From the NCBI GenBank assembly GCA_902803725.1, contig CADCRD010000006.1:1-44352 (forward strand): 44,352 bases of DNA. Direction: 5' to 3'. The notes beneath the pieces are model-generated. The model did no database searches. It worked only from the letters and a program-made list of their open reading frames with translations, and was not told the origin of the DNA. Source of the stretch: an uncultured Eubacteriales bacterium (GTDB taxonomy: Bacteria > Bacillota > Clostridia > Peptostreptococcales > Anaerovoracaceae). Of this stretch, positions 17,369 through 27,480 are shown piece by piece. The stretch's first letter is position 1; each line of letters opens with the position of its first letter. Both the position numbers and the translations under genes were made by a program.

Positions 17369-20300
17369 ATGCCTCTTCGTAATGATGTAAAAAAAGTAAT
17401 GGTAATAGGTTCGGGCCCTATCGTCATCGGACAGGCTGCTGAATTCGACTACGCGGGCACACAGGTCTGCAGGACCCTTCAGCAGGAAGGACTTGAGGTC
17501 GTGCTGGTAAATTCCAATCCGGCCACGATCATGACCGACAAGACTATGGCAGACAGAGTATATATAGAACCATTGAATATTCCGGTACTGAAAAAAATAA
17601 TAGAAAAAGAAAAACCGGACAGCATACTTTCTACAATGGGAGGTCAGATGGGTCTGACTCTGTCCATGCAGCTGGCCAAGGAAGGTTTTCTTGACGAGCA
17701 GGGCGTAAAGCTTCTGGGAGCTGATCCTGAGACGATCGACAAGGCTGAAGACAGGCAGCTGTTCAAGGATATGCTCGAGAGCATAGGAGAGCCGGTAATT
17801 GAATCAGATGTATTTTATGATATTGAATCGGCGGTCGATTATGCAAACAACAAAATCGGCTATCCGGTGGTCATCAGACCGGCATTCACGCTTGGCGGAA
17901 CAGGCGGCGGTATTGCTCAGAATGAAGAAGAACTGAGAATAATAGGCGGCGACGGTCTGCGTCTTTCACCGATAACACAGATCCTGGTCGAAAGATGTGT
18001 ATCCGGCTGGAAAGAGATCGAATTCGAAGTGATACGTGACTCAAAGAACAATACAATAACAGTCTGTTCGATGGAAAACATCGATCCTGTGGGAGTGCAC
18101 ACAGGAGATTCAATAGTTGTTGCACCAGCTGTAACGCTGGCTGACAAGGAATTTTCGATGCTGAGATCGGCTGCGATAAAGATCGTTCAGACTCTGGGCG
18201 TAGAAGGAGGCTGCAACTGCCAGTTTGCTCTTGATCCGGAAAGCTTTGAATATGTCGTTATTGAAGTCAATCCCAGGGTATCGCGTTCATCGGCTCTTGC
18301 CAGCAAGGCAACGGGATATCCTATCGCGAAGATCGCCAGCAAGATAGCTATCGGTTACACACTTGATGAGATAAAGAATTCAATAACGGGTACTACATAT
18401 GCATGCTTTGAGCCTTCCATAGATTACATTGTTGTAAAATTCCCGAAATGGCCGTTCGATAAATTCGTATATGCCCGCCGTACGCTGGGAACGCAGATGA
18501 AAGCGACGGGTGAAGTTATGGCGATAGGCAGCTTTTTCGAGCAGGCTCTCATGAAGGCAGTTCGTTCAATAGAACTTGGTCTTGAGACGCTGAATCTGCC
18601 GAAGATAAAGAGCTGCACAGCTCTGGAGATAGAGGAAAAGCTGCATAACTGCGATGATGAGCGTATATTCGTGATATATGAAGCGTTCAAACGCGGAGTG
18701 CCTCTTGAGAACATTCACAATATCACGAAGATCGACAGATGGTTCCTTTCGAAGATCCAGAATCTCGTAGCGATGGAAAAGGAACTGATGATAGGACGAC
18801 TGACGAGAGACAAGTACAAGGACGCAAAGGATCTTGGCTTCCTGGACAAGACGATCAAGGAACTGTCCGGTCAGGAGCCTCCGGAAAAACTGCCGGCAGC
18901 ATTTAAGATGGTAGATACATGTGCTGCCGAATTCAAAGCGGAAACACCGTATTTTTACGCAACATTCGATGAAGAGAATGAAGCTGAAGAGTTTATAAAA
19001 GAACATGAAGAAGGAAAGAAAAAAATCCTGGTATTTGGTTCCGGTCCGATACGTATAGGTCAGGGCATCGAATTCGATTACTGCTCAGTGCACTGCATCA
19101 ATGCTCTCAGAGAAAAGGGCTACGAGGCAATTATCATAAACAACAATCCGGAAACCGTATCGACCGACTTTGATATTTCCGATCGTCTGTATTTTGAACC
19201 GCTGACACCGGAAGATGTTGACGGGATCATTGAGACAGAAAAACCGGATGGCGTCATCGTTCAGTTCGGCGGACAGACGGCGATCAAACTGATCAAATAT
19301 CTGACTGATAAGGGTATTAAGATCCTGGGAACATCTGCTGATGATATAGATGCAGCAGAAGACCGTGAGCGTTTTGATCATATACTGGAGCAGTGTGATA
19401 TCCCAAGAGCGAAGGGACGCATGGCTTATCACACAAACGAAGCTGTAAGAGAAGCGGAAGAACTGGGCTATCCTGTTTTGCTGAGACCTTCATACGTACT
19501 GGGCGGGCAGAACATGATAATCGCTTATTCAGCTGATGATGTTATCGAATATATGGAGATCATAACCAGCCGCGGAGAACTGGAAAATCCTGTTCTGATA
19601 GACAAATACCTTATGGGAACAGAAATTGAGGTGGATGCTGTATGTGATGGTGAAGACTTCCTTATTCCGGGGATCATGGAACATATCGAAAGAGCGGGCG
19701 TCCATTCCGGCGACTCCATCTCTGTATATCCCCCGCAGAGTCTTGATCAGAGCGTCATCGATCAGATAATCGAATATACCGGCAGACTGGCAAAGGCTCT
19801 TCACGTTGTCGGTATGATCAACATACAGTACGTTTACTTTGAAGGCACACTGTATGTTATCGAAGTAAATCCGCGTTCATCCAGAACTGTGCCGTATATC
19901 AGTAAAGTAACGAATGTTCCGATCGTTAAACTGGCCACAAATGTAATGCTGGGTCACTCATTGAAGGAACAGGGATATGAAAGCGGTCTGGTGCCCAGTG
20001 GTGATTATGTCGCAGTAAAGGTGCCTGTATTCAGCTTCTCAAAGCTTACAGACGCAGATACTCTGCTGGGGCCTGAGATGAAGTCCACAGGCGAAGTTCT
20101 GGGCATAGATGTTGACTTTGAATCTGCTTTGTACAAAGGTCTGCTGGGCGCAGGATACGGCGTAAATAAATCTGATGAGGGTGTGCTGATCACAGTCAAG
20201 GATGCCGATAAGGCTGATTGTGTGCCGCTGGCAGAAAAGTTCATAAAGGCAGGATATAAGATTTACTCAACTGCCGGAACACATGATTATCTGGCTGAAC

Positions 20301-20569
20301 ATGGTGTCGAGTCTGTGAAGCTGAACAAATTCAATGAACCCGAGCCAAATACGAATGCTATTTTCGATACAGGCAAGATAGATTTCGTCGTATCGACATC
20401 GAAGGTCGGAAGAGACCCGGCAGTTCAGTCTGTTCAGATGAGACGAAAGGCCATCGAACGCAGCATCATCACTCTTACATCAGTTGATACTGCCAATGCT
20501 CTGGTAAACTGTCTGCTGTCAGGAAAGAATCTTGATAATGTCAATATGGTGGATATAACAAAGATATAA
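17369..20569 (+). CDS. carB: Carbamoyl-phosphate synthase large subunit
   Basis: 1066 aa. Duplicated ATP-grasp halves (EVNPRVSRSSALASKATGYPIAK and EVNPRSSRTVPYISKVTNVPIVK). C-terminal MGS-like allosteric domain. Confidence 0.96.
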   Translation: MPLRNDVKKVMVIGSGPIVIGQAAEFDYAGTQVCRTLQQEGLEVVLVNSNPATIMTDKTMADRVYIEPLNIPVLKKIIEKEKPDSILSTMGGQMGLTLSMQLAKEGFLDEQGVKLLGADPETIDKAEDRQLFKDMLESIGEPVIESDVFYDIESAVDYANNKIGYPVVIRPAFTLGGTGGGIAQNEEELRIIGGDGLRLSPITQILVERCVSGWKEIEFEVIRDSKNNTITVCSMENIDPVGVHTGDSIVVAPAVTLADKEFSMLRSAAIKIVQTLGVEGGCNCQFALDPESFEYVVIEVNPRVSRSSALASKATGYPIAKIASKIAIGYTLDEIKNSITGTTYACFEPSIDYIVVKFPKWPFDKFVYARRTLGTQMKATGEVMAIGSFFEQALMKAVRSIELGLETLNLPKIKSCTALEIEEKLHNCDDERIFVIYEAFKRGVPLENIHNITKIDRWFLSKIQNLVAMEKELMIGRLTRDKYKDAKDLGFLDKTIKELSGQEPPEKLPAAFKMVDTCAAEFKAETPYFYATFDEENEAEEFIKEHEEGKKKILVFGSGPIRIGQGIEFDYCSVHCINALREKGYEAIIINNNPETVSTDFDISDRLYFEPLTPEDVDGIIETEKPDGVIVQFGGQTAIKLIKYLTDKGIKILGTSADDIDAAEDRERFDHILEQCDIPRAKGRMAYHTNEAVREAEELGYPVLLRPSYVLGGQNMIIAYSADDVIEYMEIITSRGELENPVLIDKYLMGTEIEVDAVCDGEDFLIPGIMEHIERAGVHSGDSISVYPPQSLDQSVIDQIIEYTGRLAKALHVVGMINIQYVYFEGTLYVIEVNPRSSRTVPYISKVTNVPIVKLATNVMLGHSLKEQGYESGLVPSGDYVAVKVPVFSFSKLTDADTLLGPEMKSTGEVLGIDVDFESALYKGLLGAGYGVNKSDEGVLITVKDADKADCVPLAEKFIKAGYKIYSTAGTHDYLAEHGVESVKLNKFNEPEPNTNAIFDTGKIDFVVSTSKVGRDPAVQSVQMRRKAIERSIITLTSVDTANALVNCLLSGKNLDNVNMVDITKI

Positions 20570-20613
20570 GAGCCAAAAAGAACATTTAAAGATCATTTAT
20601 CGAGGTGAATGAA

Positions 20614-20678
20614 ATGCTCCCTTTAAGAGAGACAGAGAAAAGAGATCAGAACTGTCGCTCATAAAGGGAGCATATTTT
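20614..20678 (+). terminator. Long imperfect hairpin (20 of 22 bp) followed by ATTTT; probable carB terminator
   Basis: Left arm ATGCTCCCTTTAAGAGAGACAG (20614-20635), 16-nt loop, right arm CTGTCGCTCATAAAGGGAGCAT (20652-20673), then ATTTTC. Confidence 0.6.
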
Positions 20679-20807
20679 CGATCCGGCTCCTTAAATTTTC
20701 AGAAAGCTTGACTTATAAAAAAATCTTGTATTATCAATATTCACATGGTATCATATTGTAGTTGCGGTAACGATACCGCTATTTAAGTGACCAAGGAGGT
20801 AATATTA

Positions 20808-21044
20808 ATGAAAATCCTGATGGTGCTGCTGGGCATTTGCAGCATTATACTGATAGGAAGTATATTGATGCAGTCAAGTAACAGCGACGGGCTTTCCGGA
20901 TCGATCGCCGGCGGAGCTGAACAGCTTTTCGGCAAGAAAAAAAGTTCCGGATATGAGGCGATCCTGAAGAAAATCTGTGTTGTTGCGGCTGTTCTTTATA
21001 TAGTGCTTTCTCTTGTTATCGTTACGCTCGAGAGCAGAGGATAG
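20808..21044 (+). CDS. secG: Preprotein translocase subunit SecG
   Basis: 78 aa from ATG 20808 (AAGGAGGT SD). Two TM helices flank a Gly-rich loop (SDGLSGSIAGGAEQLFG), the typical SecG layout. Confidence 0.85.
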   Translation: MKILMVLLGICSIILIGSILMQSSNSDGLSGSIAGGAEQLFGKKKSSGYEAILKKICVVAAVLYIVLSLVIVTLESRG

Positions 21045-21272
21045 CTTTATCCGGACCACAGATACTGTTATGACAGTATAGCGTCAGAAAAATTCAAACA
21101 AAAGAAAGCGTTTTATATTATTATTGATACTAATTATTTTTAAATAATCACTTAGTATTTGGTTCATCTCAGGAAAGTCAGTCCGGAAGGGCAGGAAATA
21201 ATATCAGTTCCTCAGGCTGACGGCAATTAGTGACAGAGCCAAAAATATGAAAGTGAGAGGAGGAATCATCAA

Positions 21273-23288
21273 ATGAGTATTGCTATCATTGTTCCTGCTA
21301 TCGCTGTGATCGCACTGTGCGTGGCTGCCGGTCTCTCATCGTGGATCAGCAAGGTAGACGAAGGGAACGAAAAAATGAGAGAGATCGCCGGACACATCAG
21401 AGATGGTGCAATGGCGTTCCTGCGCAGAGAGTACAAAACAATGGCTATTGTCGTTGTAGTAGTATTTCTGATCGTTGGATTTGCCATCAACTGGACAACG
21501 GCTGTTCTCTATGTAGTGGGTGCGGCATTCTCGGTTCTGGCAGGTTTCCTGGGCATGAGAGTTGCTACAAAAGGTAACGTAAGAACTGCCCACGCTGCAC
21601 AGGAAGGCGGAATAGGCAAAGCCCTGAATGTTGCTTTCAGATCCGGTGCTGTAATGGGTATCTGCGTATCAGGTCTTGGTATGCTGGGTCTTGGTCTTAC
21701 ATTCTGCATCCTTGATCTTGCAACAGTGACAGAATGCGTAACAGGTTTCGGCATGGGCGCCAGCACAATGGCTCTGTTCGGCCGTGTCGGCGGCGGTATC
21801 TATACTAAGGCTGCTGATGTAGGCGCTGACCTTGTAGGTAAGGTTGAAGCCGGTATCCCTGAAGATGACCCGCGTAACCCGGCTGTTATTGCTGACAACG
21901 TAGGCGACAATGTAGGCGATGTGACCGGTATGGGTTCCGACCTGTTTGAATCATACTGCGGAGCTAACATCTCTGCTCTGGCTCTGGCCTCAGTAGTGGC
22001 AGTTAATACAAACGGTGCTGTTTCACAGGCTACAGCTGCAGTATTCCCGCTGATCCTTTCAGCGATCGGTCTTGCAGCCAGCGTACTTGGCATCCTGACA
22101 GTAAACGGCAGCGGTAAAAATGTTAATCCGGCTGCTTCCCTGAACAGAGGAACATATATTGCATGCGGCATTGAAATCGTTGCTGCTGTAGTTCTCAGTA
22201 AAGTCATGCTGCAGAGCTTCAGCTTTGCAATAGCTATCATCTGCGGTCTGATCGTTGGCCTTGTTATAGGTAAGGTCACTGAGATCTTCACATCATCTGA
22301 TTTCAATCAGGTCAAAAAGATTGCCAAGGAGTCGCAGACAGGTGCAGGCACAGGCCTTATCGCAGGTCTCGGCGTTGGCATGATGTCTACTGTAGTTCCT
22401 ATCATTTGCATTGCTATTGCGATCGTTCTTGCTTATCATTTTGCAGGTACATACGGAATCGCTCTTGCTGCTGTAGGTATGCTCTCAACTGTTGGTATCA
22501 CAGTTGCTGTTGACGCTTATGGCCCGGTTGCTGATAATGCCGGCGGTATTGCCGAGATGAGTGAACTTCCAGAAGAAGTAAGAGATATCACTGACCAGCT
22601 TGACTCTGTAGGTAATACAACAGCTGCTATCGGTAAAGGTTTTGCTATCGGTTCAGCTGCTCTGTCAGCGCTCGGTCTGTTTATTACATATGCACACGTT
22701 TCAGGTCTTGAGATGGTCAGCCTGCTGGATCCTGTAGTAATCGCAGGTCTGTTCATCGGCGCAATGATCCCGTTCCTGTTTGCTGCTCTGACAATGAACT
22801 CCGTTGGTAAGGCTGCAAACGAAATGATCGAAGAAGTAAGATCACAGTTCAGAGCTGATCCGGGGATCCTTGAAGGAACATCCAAGCCGGATTATGAGAA
22901 GTGTGTTGATATTTCCACAAAGGCAGCTCTTCGCGAGATGGTTATCCCGGCTCTGCTGGCTATCCTGGTTCCGGTAGCTATCGGCATTTTGTTTGGGCCT
23001 GAAGCTCTGGGCGGCACACTGGCAGGTTCACTCTCAGCAGGCGTGCTGATGGCTATCATGATGGCTAACGCAGGCGGTGCATGGGACAATGCCAAAAAGT
23101 ATGTTGAAGAGGGACACTACGGCGGCAAGGGAAGCGAAACACACAAAGCTACAGTTGTCGGCGATACAGTAGGTGACCCGTTCAAAGACACATCCGGTCC
23201 GTCAATGAACATCCTCATCAACCTGATGACGATCACAGCTGTTGTATTCGCACCGCTGTTTGCCAAGATCGGAGGACTGTTCTTCTAA
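21273..23288 (+). CDS. hppA: Membrane-integral cation-pumping pyrophosphatase (K+-dependent class by motif)
   Basis: 671 aa and highly hydrophobic. Motifs [27 protein letters not shown] and [10 protein letters not shown] (Ala, not Lys). DLFESY in TM6. GAGAGGAGGA SD. Confidence 0.95.
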   Translation: MSIAIIVPAIAVIALCVAAGLSSWISKVDEGNEKMREIAGHIRDGAMAFLRREYKTMAIVVVVVFLIVGFAINWTTAVLYVVGAAFSVLAGFLGMRVATKGNVRTAHAAQEGGIGKALNVAFRSGAVMGICVSGLGMLGLGLTFCILDLATVTECVTGFGMGASTMALFGRVGGGIYTKAADVGADLVGKVEAGIPEDDPRNPAVIADNVGDNVGDVTGMGSDLFESYCGANISALALASVVAVNTNGAVSQATAAVFPLILSAIGLAASVLGILTVNGSGKNVNPAASLNRGTYIACGIEIVAAVVLSKVMLQSFSFAIAIICGLIVGLVIGKVTEIFTSSDFNQVKKIAKESQTGAGTGLIAGLGVGMMSTVVPIICIAIAIVLAYHFAGTYGIALAAVGMLSTVGITVAVDAYGPVADNAGGIAEMSELPEEVRDITDQLDSVGNTTAAIGKGFAIGSAALSALGLFITYAHVSGLEMVSLLDPVVIAGLFIGAMIPFLFAALTMNSVGKAANEMIEEVRSQFRADPGILEGTSKPDYEKCVDISTKAALREMVIPALLAILVPVAIGILFGPEALGGTLAGSLSAGVLMAIMMANAGGAWDNAKKYVEEGHYGGKGSETHKATVVGDTVGDPFKDTSGPSMNILINLMTITAVVFAPLFAKIGGLFF

Positions 23289-23312
23289 GTAAAGAATATA
23301 ACTTTGATAATC

Positions 23313-23347
23313 AGGGACTGCTGCAAATGTGGCAGTCCTTTTTCTTT
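23313..23347 (+). terminator. Rho-independent terminator after hppA
   Basis: GGACTGC (23315-23321) pairs with GCAGTCC (23332-23338). 10-nt loop, then TTTTTCTTT. Confidence 0.7.
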
Positions 23348-23494
23348 ATTACTTACTATAGATACCTTATATAGAATGAAAGAGCTCAGAATGGGCTTTT
23401 TGCTGTAAAAATAAATAATTATTACAACAAAATATGGTCTGCGGAGTGTGTCTGAAAGAAAGTGTAGTATAATCAATTAAAGGAGGAAAGAAAA

Positions 23495-24502
23495 ATGGAA
23501 AGAGTGAGATTAGGTAAAACAGAAATCGTTGTGAATAAAAATGGATTCGGCGCATTGCCGATCCAGCGAAGAAATATGGATGATGCCGTCAGGATACTGA
23601 GAAAGGCATATGAGAACGGTATTGATTTTTTCGATACGGCCAGAGCTTATACAGACAGTGAAGAAAAGATAGGGAACGCTCTGAGCGATGTTCGCAGTGA
23701 AATATATATTGCCAGCAAGACGATGGCACTGGAGCCGGATAAGCTGAAGGCTGATCTTGAGACGACACTGACAAATCTGAAAACGGATCATCTGGATCTT
23801 TATCAGCTGCATAATCCTGCCGAATGCCCTGAACCCGGAGACGGCACGGGTCTGTATGAAGCATTGGAAGATGCAAAGAGACAGGGAATGATCCGTCATA
23901 TCGGGATCACGAATCACAGGCTTTCTGTTGCAAAAAAGGCGATAGAGTCAGGTCTGTATGAAACCCTGCAGTTTCCATTCTCATATCTTGCCGATGAAAA
24001 AGATATTGAGATTGTTAATATGTGCAAAGAGAAGGATATGGGATTCATTTGCATGAAGAGTCTGTCAGGCGGACTGATCACGAGGGCTGATGCGGCATAT
24101 GCTTATCTCGCTCAGTATGACAATGCTCTTCCTATCTGGGGCATTCAGCATGAACATGAACTGGACGAGTTCCTGGCATTTGAAAAGGAACCTCCTGCTA
24201 TGGATGAAGAAATCACTGCTTTCATAAATCAGGAGAGGGAGGAGCTGACAGGGGAGTTTTGCCGCAGCTGCGGATATTGTATGCCGTGTCCTGTGGGAAT
24301 AAAGATCCCTAACTGTAATCGCATGTCCCTGCTGCTGCGAAGAATGCCTCCTGAACAGTGGCTGACTGAAGAGTGGCAGGCTGAGATGAATAAGATCGAA
24401 GATTGCCTGGAATGCAGACAGTGCGTAAGCAAATGCCCGTATGAGCTGGATATCCCCAATACACTGAAAAAGAATCTTGAAGATTACAGAACATTTCTGT
24501 AA
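23495..24502 (+). CDS. Aldo/keto reductase with C-terminal 4Fe-4S ferredoxin-type domain (COG1453-like)
   Basis: 335 aa. AKR tetrad context FFDTARAYTDSE, ASK, LYQLHN. C-terminal CRSCGYCMPCP and CLECRQCVSKCP cluster motifs. AAAGGAGGAAAG SD. Confidence 0.85.
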   Translation: MERVRLGKTEIVVNKNGFGALPIQRRNMDDAVRILRKAYENGIDFFDTARAYTDSEEKIGNALSDVRSEIYIASKTMALEPDKLKADLETTLTNLKTDHLDLYQLHNPAECPEPGDGTGLYEALEDAKRQGMIRHIGITNHRLSVAKKAIESGLYETLQFPFSYLADEKDIEIVNMCKEKDMGFICMKSLSGGLITRADAAYAYLAQYDNALPIWGIQHEHELDEFLAFEKEPPAMDEEITAFINQEREELTGEFCRSCGYCMPCPVGIKIPNCNRMSLLLRRMPPEQWLTEEWQAEMNKIEDCLECRQCVSKCPYELDIPNTLKKNLEDYRTFL

Positions 24503-24511
24503 GAATACGAT

Positions 24512-25990
24512 CTAATATTTGATCTTTGCATTGTTAGGATTCCAGAAACCCGGGGTCAGGATAACAAATACGGTGAACATTTCGAGTCTTCCGACCATCA
24601 TGAACAGCGAGATGAATAATTTCATACCGGGAGAGAACAGTTCAAAGCTGCCGCTGGCTCCGATCTTGCCAAAGGCAATACCTGTAGTTGACATCAGTGA
24701 GGCTGTTGTACTCATTGTTGTCTCAAGATCGAGTCCCTGTATGGAAAGAACGGCCGATCCAATTAGGAAAGTCGCAAGATACAGAACAACGAAACTTGTT
24801 ACTGATGATACCATGGCAGACGGAAGTGCATGTTCGCCTATTTTGATTGCCTTGACTGAGCGCGGATGAAGCTTGCGGAAAAAACTGCGGCGGATCAGTT
24901 TGAACATGATCATGATCCTGGTTATCTTGATGCCGCCGGATGTTGAAGCAACGCATCCTCCTATAAAAAACGCGGTAAACAGTATCATCTGTGAGAAAAC
25001 AGGCCATCTCATATAATTTGTGATCGTAAATCCGGATGTCGTAAAGAATGCCGTGCATTGGAAAAAGGCAACACGGAAAGCTCTGCTGACCGACACATAT
25101 GTTTCCGAAACCAGCAGATTTACTGCTACGAGCAATGTAGAAACGGCGATCAGGATCAAAAACACTCTGACCTCCATGTTTTTCCGGATATTATTGAACT
25201 GCCGCTTTACCAGATAGATCAGCAGCAGGAAATTGACGGAGGCAATGATCGTGAAAACAGATATGACGCATTCGATATAAAAGCTGTCATAGTACTGGAT
25301 CCCTGAAGGATGAAGGAAGAGCCCTGCTGTTGAGACGCAGCCCATGGAGTTGATAAGTGCCTCGAAGGCGTTCATCTCACTGCCGAAATACAGCAGTAAA
25401 AAGCAAAAAAGAGTCAGAGCCGAATAGATCAGATACAGCAGCTTTGCCATATCTTTTGATCTGGGAGCTCCTGTTGACAGACCTGCGCCCGGTGATTCGG
25501 CAGTAACTATACGCTGCCCTCCCGATCCCATGGTAGGAAGGATCGTTATGATGAAAATCAGTATACCCATACCGCCAAGCCAGTGAGTTATCGCTTTCCA
25601 CAGTATCAGTGAGTCTGTGAAACTCAGCTCGTTCATAGAACTTGCACCGGTTGTTGTGTATCCGGCAACTGCTTCAAATATCGCATCTGCAAATGTAGGC
25701 AGTTCACCTGAAGCATAATACGGTATTGCACCGATCAGTGCACAGGTGATCCAGCTCAAAAGCACTATGAAATAAGCATCACGCGATTGCAGGGAATGCC
25801 TTGAACGGGGAATGTATTTGAAGCCCAGTGTCCCCACAATAACAGAAATACAGCAAATTACCGCGAAAATGTTCTCCGCATGATCATTGCTGTCCAGTGT
25901 GGCACAAATGAACGGAAATATCATTGCCGCGCCGGTGATGCCTATGATAAGGCAGATTATTCTTGCTGTTGTTTTATAAGCGAATCCCAA
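24512..25990 (-). CDS. trkH: TrkH-family K+ uptake membrane subunit (distal paralogue)
   Basis: 492 aa. TTG start at 25990 preceded by AAAGGAGG SD 6 nt upstream. P-loop-like TTTGAS, STAGL, TTSGF and STTGIA. C-terminal MVGRLEMFTV. Confidence 0.9.
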   Translation of the reverse strand: MGFAYKTTARIICLIIGITGAAMIFPFICATLDSNDHAENIFAVICCISVIVGTLGFKYIPRSRHSLQSRDAYFIVLLSWITCALIGAIPYYASGELPTFADAIFEAVAGYTTTGASSMNELSFTDSLILWKAITHWLGGMGILIFIITILPTMGSGGQRIVTAESPGAGLSTGAPRSKDMAKLLYLIYSALTLFCFLLLYFGSEMNAFEALINSMGCVSTAGLFLHPSGIQYYDSFYIECVISVFTIIASVNFLLLIYLVKRQFNNIRKNMEVRVFLILIAVSTLLVAVNLLVSETYVSVSRAFRVAFFQCTAFFTTSGFTITNYMRWPVFSQMILFTAFFIGGCVASTSGGIKITRIMIMFKLIRRSFFRKLHPRSVKAIKIGEHALPSAMVSSVTSFVVLYLATFLIGSAVLSIQGLDLETTMSTTASLMSTTGIAFGKIGASGSFELFSPGMKLFISLFMMVGRLEMFTVFVILTPGFWNPNNAKIKY

Positions 25991-26004
25991 ATGCAGCCTC
26001 CTTT

Positions 26005-27480
26005 CTATTCGTTGGGGTTCCAGAACCGGCCGCTCAGCATCATCAGCAAAGTAAACAGTTCCAGTCTTCCGGCAACCATTGACAGAGATAATATGAACTT
26101 GCTTCCGTCGGAAAACAGGCTGAAAGTATTTGCCGGTCCGACAGCCGAGAGCCCGGGACCTATGTTTCCTATACAGGATGCTGCTGCGCTCAGATTTGTC
26201 AGCATATCATAATCATCGAGAGAGATACAGATGCTGATGAAAAAGAAAAATGCAACATAAAGGAACACAAACGCGCAGATACTCTGAACGACATCCGTAC
26301 TGAGAGTTTTTCGGTCTACACGTATGCGTATGAGTGCATTCGGATGAAGCTTGAGCGCGATGCTGCGCCTGATCATCTTCAGCATGACAAGAACGCGGAT
26401 CACCTTCACACCTCCGGCTGTTGATGAAGAACAGCCGCCTATAAAGAACAGCGTGAACAGCAGCATGATGCAAAAGGCAGGCCACGAGCCGAAATCCGTT
26501 GTGGCAAAACCGGTCGTTGTCAGTATACTGGCGACTGTAAATGCAGCATATCTCAGTGAATGAAGCGCACCGTCAAATGTATTTGATATCATCAGAGATG
26601 CTGCTATGATCACACTGAAAAGCGCGAAAATGATCAAATACAGTCTGCACTCCTGATCTTTGAAAAACGACAGTTTACCATCCTTCAAAAACAGAAAATA
26701 CAGATTGAAATTAACACCGCTGACGATCATGAAGAAGGTTATCACAAAGTCAATGAAGGCGCTGTCAAAATGAGCAATACTGTCGTTGTAATTGCCAAAA
26801 CCTCCTGTTCCGACTGTTCCGAATGAATGGGTAATGGCATCGAAAAAGCTCATGCCTCCAAGAAGCAGGAGCAGAGTCTCAGCAGCTGTGAATGTTATAT
26901 ATAACAGGTAAAGTGTTCTTGCCGTATCGGCCATTTTCGGGGAGATCTTTGAGAGGACAGGTCCTGGGGTCTCTGCCTGGGCGATCTCCTGTCCGCTGAT
27001 GCCAAGAGAAGGCAGCAGTGCGATCGCAAACACAAGGATGCCCATGCCGCCCAGCCAGTGGGAAAAAGCTCTCCACATCAGAACAGCCCGGGGCATGCTT
27101 TCAACATCATCCAGAACAGTTGCTCCTGTCGTGGTAAATCCTGAACACATCTCGAAAAAACTGTCAAAGAAATGCGGAATTGAATGATCTATGAGCATGG
27201 GGAGAGAACCGATGAACGCAGCCAAAAGCCAGCTGACAGCGACAATAAAAAAACCGTCACGCAGTCTCAGCGGTTTTTCTGAAAAGTTTATGAAACGCAT
27301 CATCAGAAAGCCCAAAAAGCTGCATGGGAGAGCAACGTATGCAAATGCTTTTGCGCTGGCAGTTTCACCATAGGCTAGAGCTGTCACAAAAGGCAACAGC
27401 ATTGATATTCCCAATATGATCAGAACCTGTCCTTCTGTTTTAAAAATCGTACGTAACTTGAGATTCATATCCGTATGCAA
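26005..27480 (-). CDS. trkH: TrkH-family K+ uptake membrane subunit (proximal paralogue)
   Basis: 491 aa. The annotated start codon at 27478-27480 is TTG and directly abuts the trkA stop. An alternative ATG lies at 27466-27468 (MNLKLRTIF). P-loops TTTGAT, TVGTGGF, TTTGFA and IGNIGPG. Confidence 0.9.
   Translation of the reverse strand: MHTDMNLKLRTIFKTEGQVLIILGISMLLPFVTALAYGETASAKAFAYVALPCSFLGFLMMRFINFSEKPLRLRDGFFIVAVSWLLAAFIGSLPMLIDHSIPHFFDSFFEMCSGFTTTGATVLDDVESMPRAVLMWRAFSHWLGGMGILVFAIALLPSLGISGQEIAQAETPGPVLSKISPKMADTARTLYLLYITFTAAETLLLLLGGMSFFDAITHSFGTVGTGGFGNYNDSIAHFDSAFIDFVITFFMIVSGVNFNLYFLFLKDGKLSFFKDQECRLYLIIFALFSVIIAASLMISNTFDGALHSLRYAAFTVASILTTTGFATTDFGSWPAFCIMLLFTLFFIGGCSSSTAGGVKVIRVLVMLKMIRRSIALKLHPNALIRIRVDRKTLSTDVVQSICAFVFLYVAFFFFISICISLDDYDMLTNLSAAASCIGNIGPGLSAVGPANTFSLFSDGSKFILSLSMVAGRLELFTLLMMLSGRFWNPNE

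Noticed and set aside
20614-20664. 16-codon ORF (MLPLRETEKRDQNCRS) with a GAGGTG SD-like sequence upstream.
   Set aside because: It is entirely embedded in the arms and loop of the carB-distal hairpin. The terminator interpretation explains the sequence more simply.
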